Shown here one piece after another: positions 42,052 through 43,394 of a DNA stretch of 43,394 nucleotides. Both the position numbers and the translations under genes were made by a program. The stretch covers positions 1 through 43,394 of the forward strand of contig DQVB01000391.1 in the NCBI GenBank assembly GCA_015661985.1, read 5' to 3'. The notes beneath the pieces are model-generated. The model saw nothing but the letters and a program-made list of their open reading frames with translations. It had not been told where the DNA came from and did not search any database. The stretch's first letter is position 1, and each line of letters opens with the position of its first letter. The DNA is from Planctomycetota bacterium (lineage in GTDB: Bacteria > Planctomycetota > Planctomycetia > Pirellulales > Thermoguttaceae).

Positions 42052-43394
42052 TTATGGTTTCTGTGCCGGCTGAGCGGCTTGCACCTCCTGTTGCGCTTCC
42101 TTGGGCTCCTCCAATCGGACAAGGAGCCACGATTGCGTCTGGCCGTCTTCGAAGTGGACCAGCACGGGAGCCGTATCCTGGGTCAGGTTGGCGATTCCCG
42201 CTTCCATAATCGGCCATTTTTCGTCCACCACGGTCCAGGCGGACCGTTGGGTCTGTTTGTCAACCATCCCTTCGACCGGCTTGGTGACGTTGCTTGCCGA
42301 ATCGAAGAAGGTCCCGGCGATGATGCCTTGCTTGTTGACCGCCAGTTGGAGAAACAGGGTCGGTTCCGGTGCATCCTCTTCAGTCTGGGTCAAGGCAAAA
42401 ACACCCAGCGGCATCCATTCAGCCTGTTCATCCGGCTCGGGGGCGGACGTGGCGATCTCCTGCGCCTGGGCGGCGTACTCTTCGGCCGAGCAGAGCGCTT
42501 CATCTCCGTAATAGACAGTATCGCCTTGGTAGTAGACATTGTCGCCGTAGCTATAGTAGACCGGTTGGCTCCAGCCCCACGGGAACCAGGCGGTCACGAC
42601 CGTCCAGGTGGCCCAACGGTAGGGTCGGTGCCACCGCCAGTGGGCCCAGTGCGGATGGCTTTTCCAGAAATCCCAACGGGGATGATGTTGCTGCCAACGG
42701 TGCCGGATGTTCTTCGAACGATCACGCCGCGCTTCCAACCAATCGGCGCGGTTGATGATCCGGTGGATGGTCCGGGCGCGGTCGGGAATGCCTGGCCGCA
42801 CGCCAGGACGCAGCGGCCGATCCCCGGGGCGTACTCCGGGACGTTCAGGAAGCACGCCCGGTCGCTGGCCGGGCCGTTCGGGCAACACGCCCGGGCGGTG
42901 GTCCGGCCGTTCGGGTCGCTCTCCCGGGCGCACCGGTTGGATCGCGGGCCGCTGTCCCGGACGCTGAATCTGATGAATGGGCCGGCCGCGGTCGGGCATG
43001 CTATCCCCGGGGCGTCGGCTCTTGAGGAATTCTGCTGCCGCACCGCCTCCGATCACCGCAGCGCCGGCTCCGATCGCGGGCAGCGTCGAGGGCCGTCCTG
43101 TCGGGCGACCCGTGGAAGGCCGTGGCAGATCGAGGAACTTCTGCAGTTGGTCCCCCGAGGGTCGCGTCGTCGGGCCGGGACGCACGCCGGGTCGACTCGC
43201 CATGCCAGGGCGGAGGCCGGATCCGGGGCGTGTGGCAGGCCGGGTGCTCGGCCGTATACTGGGCCGCGTACTTGGCCGTCCGGGCGCCGGCGGACGTACG
43301 CTGGGGCGGCTGGGACGCACGCTGGGGCGAGGCATCGAAACGCTCGGCCGAGGTCGTGCCACCGGACGCGCAGCGCGACTCATCGAAGGCACCC
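42052..43394 (-). CDS. hypothetical protein with a proline-rich repeat N-terminal region and a conserved-looking C-terminal domain (partial at right edge)
   Basis: ORF 42052..43392 reaches the window edge. It has repeats of RPS(V/I)RP and RPG(V/Q)xPERPG, then a Trp/His-rich segment, then YYSYGDNVYYQGDTVYYGDE, then a globular tail. Confidence 0.6.
   Translation of the reverse strand, partial: VPSMSRAARPVARPRPSVSMPRPSVRPSRPSVRPPAPGRPSTRPSIRPSTRPATRPGSGLRPGMASRPGVRPGPTTRPSGDQLQKFLDLPRPSTGRPTGRPSTLPAIGAGAAVIGGGAAAEFLKSRRPGDSMPDRGRPIHQIQRPGQRPAIQPVRPGERPERPDHRPGVLPERPGQRPGVLPERPGVRPGDRPLRPGVRPGIPDRARTIHRIINRADWLEARRDRSKNIRHRWQQHHPRWDFWKSHPHWAHWRWHRPYRWATWTVVTAWFPWGWSQPVYYSYGDNVYYQGDTVYYGDEALCSAEEYAAQAQEIATSAPEPDEQAEWMPLGVFALTQTEEDAPEPTLFLQLAVNKQGIIAGTFFDSASNVTKPVEGMVDKQTQRSAWTVVDEKWPIMEAGIANLTQDTAPVLVHFEDGQTQSWLLVRLEEPKEAQQEVQAAQPAQKP

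Noticed and set aside
1-43394. CRISPR arrays, tRNA/rRNA/tmRNA genes, transposases or integrases, toxin-antitoxin pairs, reverse transcriptases, and known defence-system genes.
   Set aside because: None was found in my reading of the sequence. The only repeats are those listed, and no ORF has the corresponding catalytic motifs.

Overview
This is a GC-rich bacterial chromosomal window. Its gene content (HEAT-repeat, YD/RHS-like, sigma-54 activator and Tat-signal TIM-barrel proteins) suggests a Planctomycetota-like organism, but that is an unverified inference.

I support about 30 intact protein genes. I found no rRNA, tRNA, CRISPR array, transposase or integrase.

Gene layout:
- 1-8.2 kb: histidine kinase N-terminus (runs off the window and is missing from the ORF track), B12-binding radical SAM enzyme, YbaK-type deacylase, URO-D family enzyme, and a YhaM-like exonuclease followed by RNase R.
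- 8.3-21.7 kb, mostly minus strand: ABM-domain, HEAT-repeat and secreted proteins downstream of a PAS/AAA+ sigma-54 activator. Then rtcA, a Tat-signal TIM-barrel isomerase, translationally coupled psd-pssA, and an overlapping GT4-GH130 pair.
- 21.9-23.7 kb: three tandem hsp20 genes, each with its own terminator.
- 24.5-30.1 kb: citramalate synthase (cimA type), valS and a bifunctional nuclease.
- 30.1-38.9 kb: a decaying, mosaic region. It holds a YD/RHS-like remnant, a rhodanese, a membrane GDPD, an OprB porin tail and a disrupted RND efflux locus. In that locus the OMP is truncated and on the opposite strand, the RND pump is cut after about 86 codons, and the MFP carries an in-frame TAA. A K+ channel plus a startless membrane-protein fragment are wedged between the pump and OMP remnants.
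- 39.1-43.4 kb: a large MscS-family channel with an internally duplicated N-terminal domain, a small ORF and a proline-rich repeat protein (partial).

Most interesting non-annotated signals:
1. A complete candidate ribosome-mediated attenuator upstream of cimA. It has a near-consensus sigma-70 promoter, a 33-codon Ile/Val-rich leader peptide, a 12-of-13 bp antiterminator that competes with a strong U8 terminator, and then the cimA RBS.
2. A consensus sigma-54 promoter (TGGCACG-N4-TTGCT) with upstream palindromes in front of the third hsp20.
3. A 77-nt non-coding repeat, 82 percent identical, present upstream of both the cimA leader and the OMP remnant.
4. Perfect 17-bp x2 and 12-bp x3.3 tandem repeats.

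All functional calls come from motif recognition by eye. No database searches were run.
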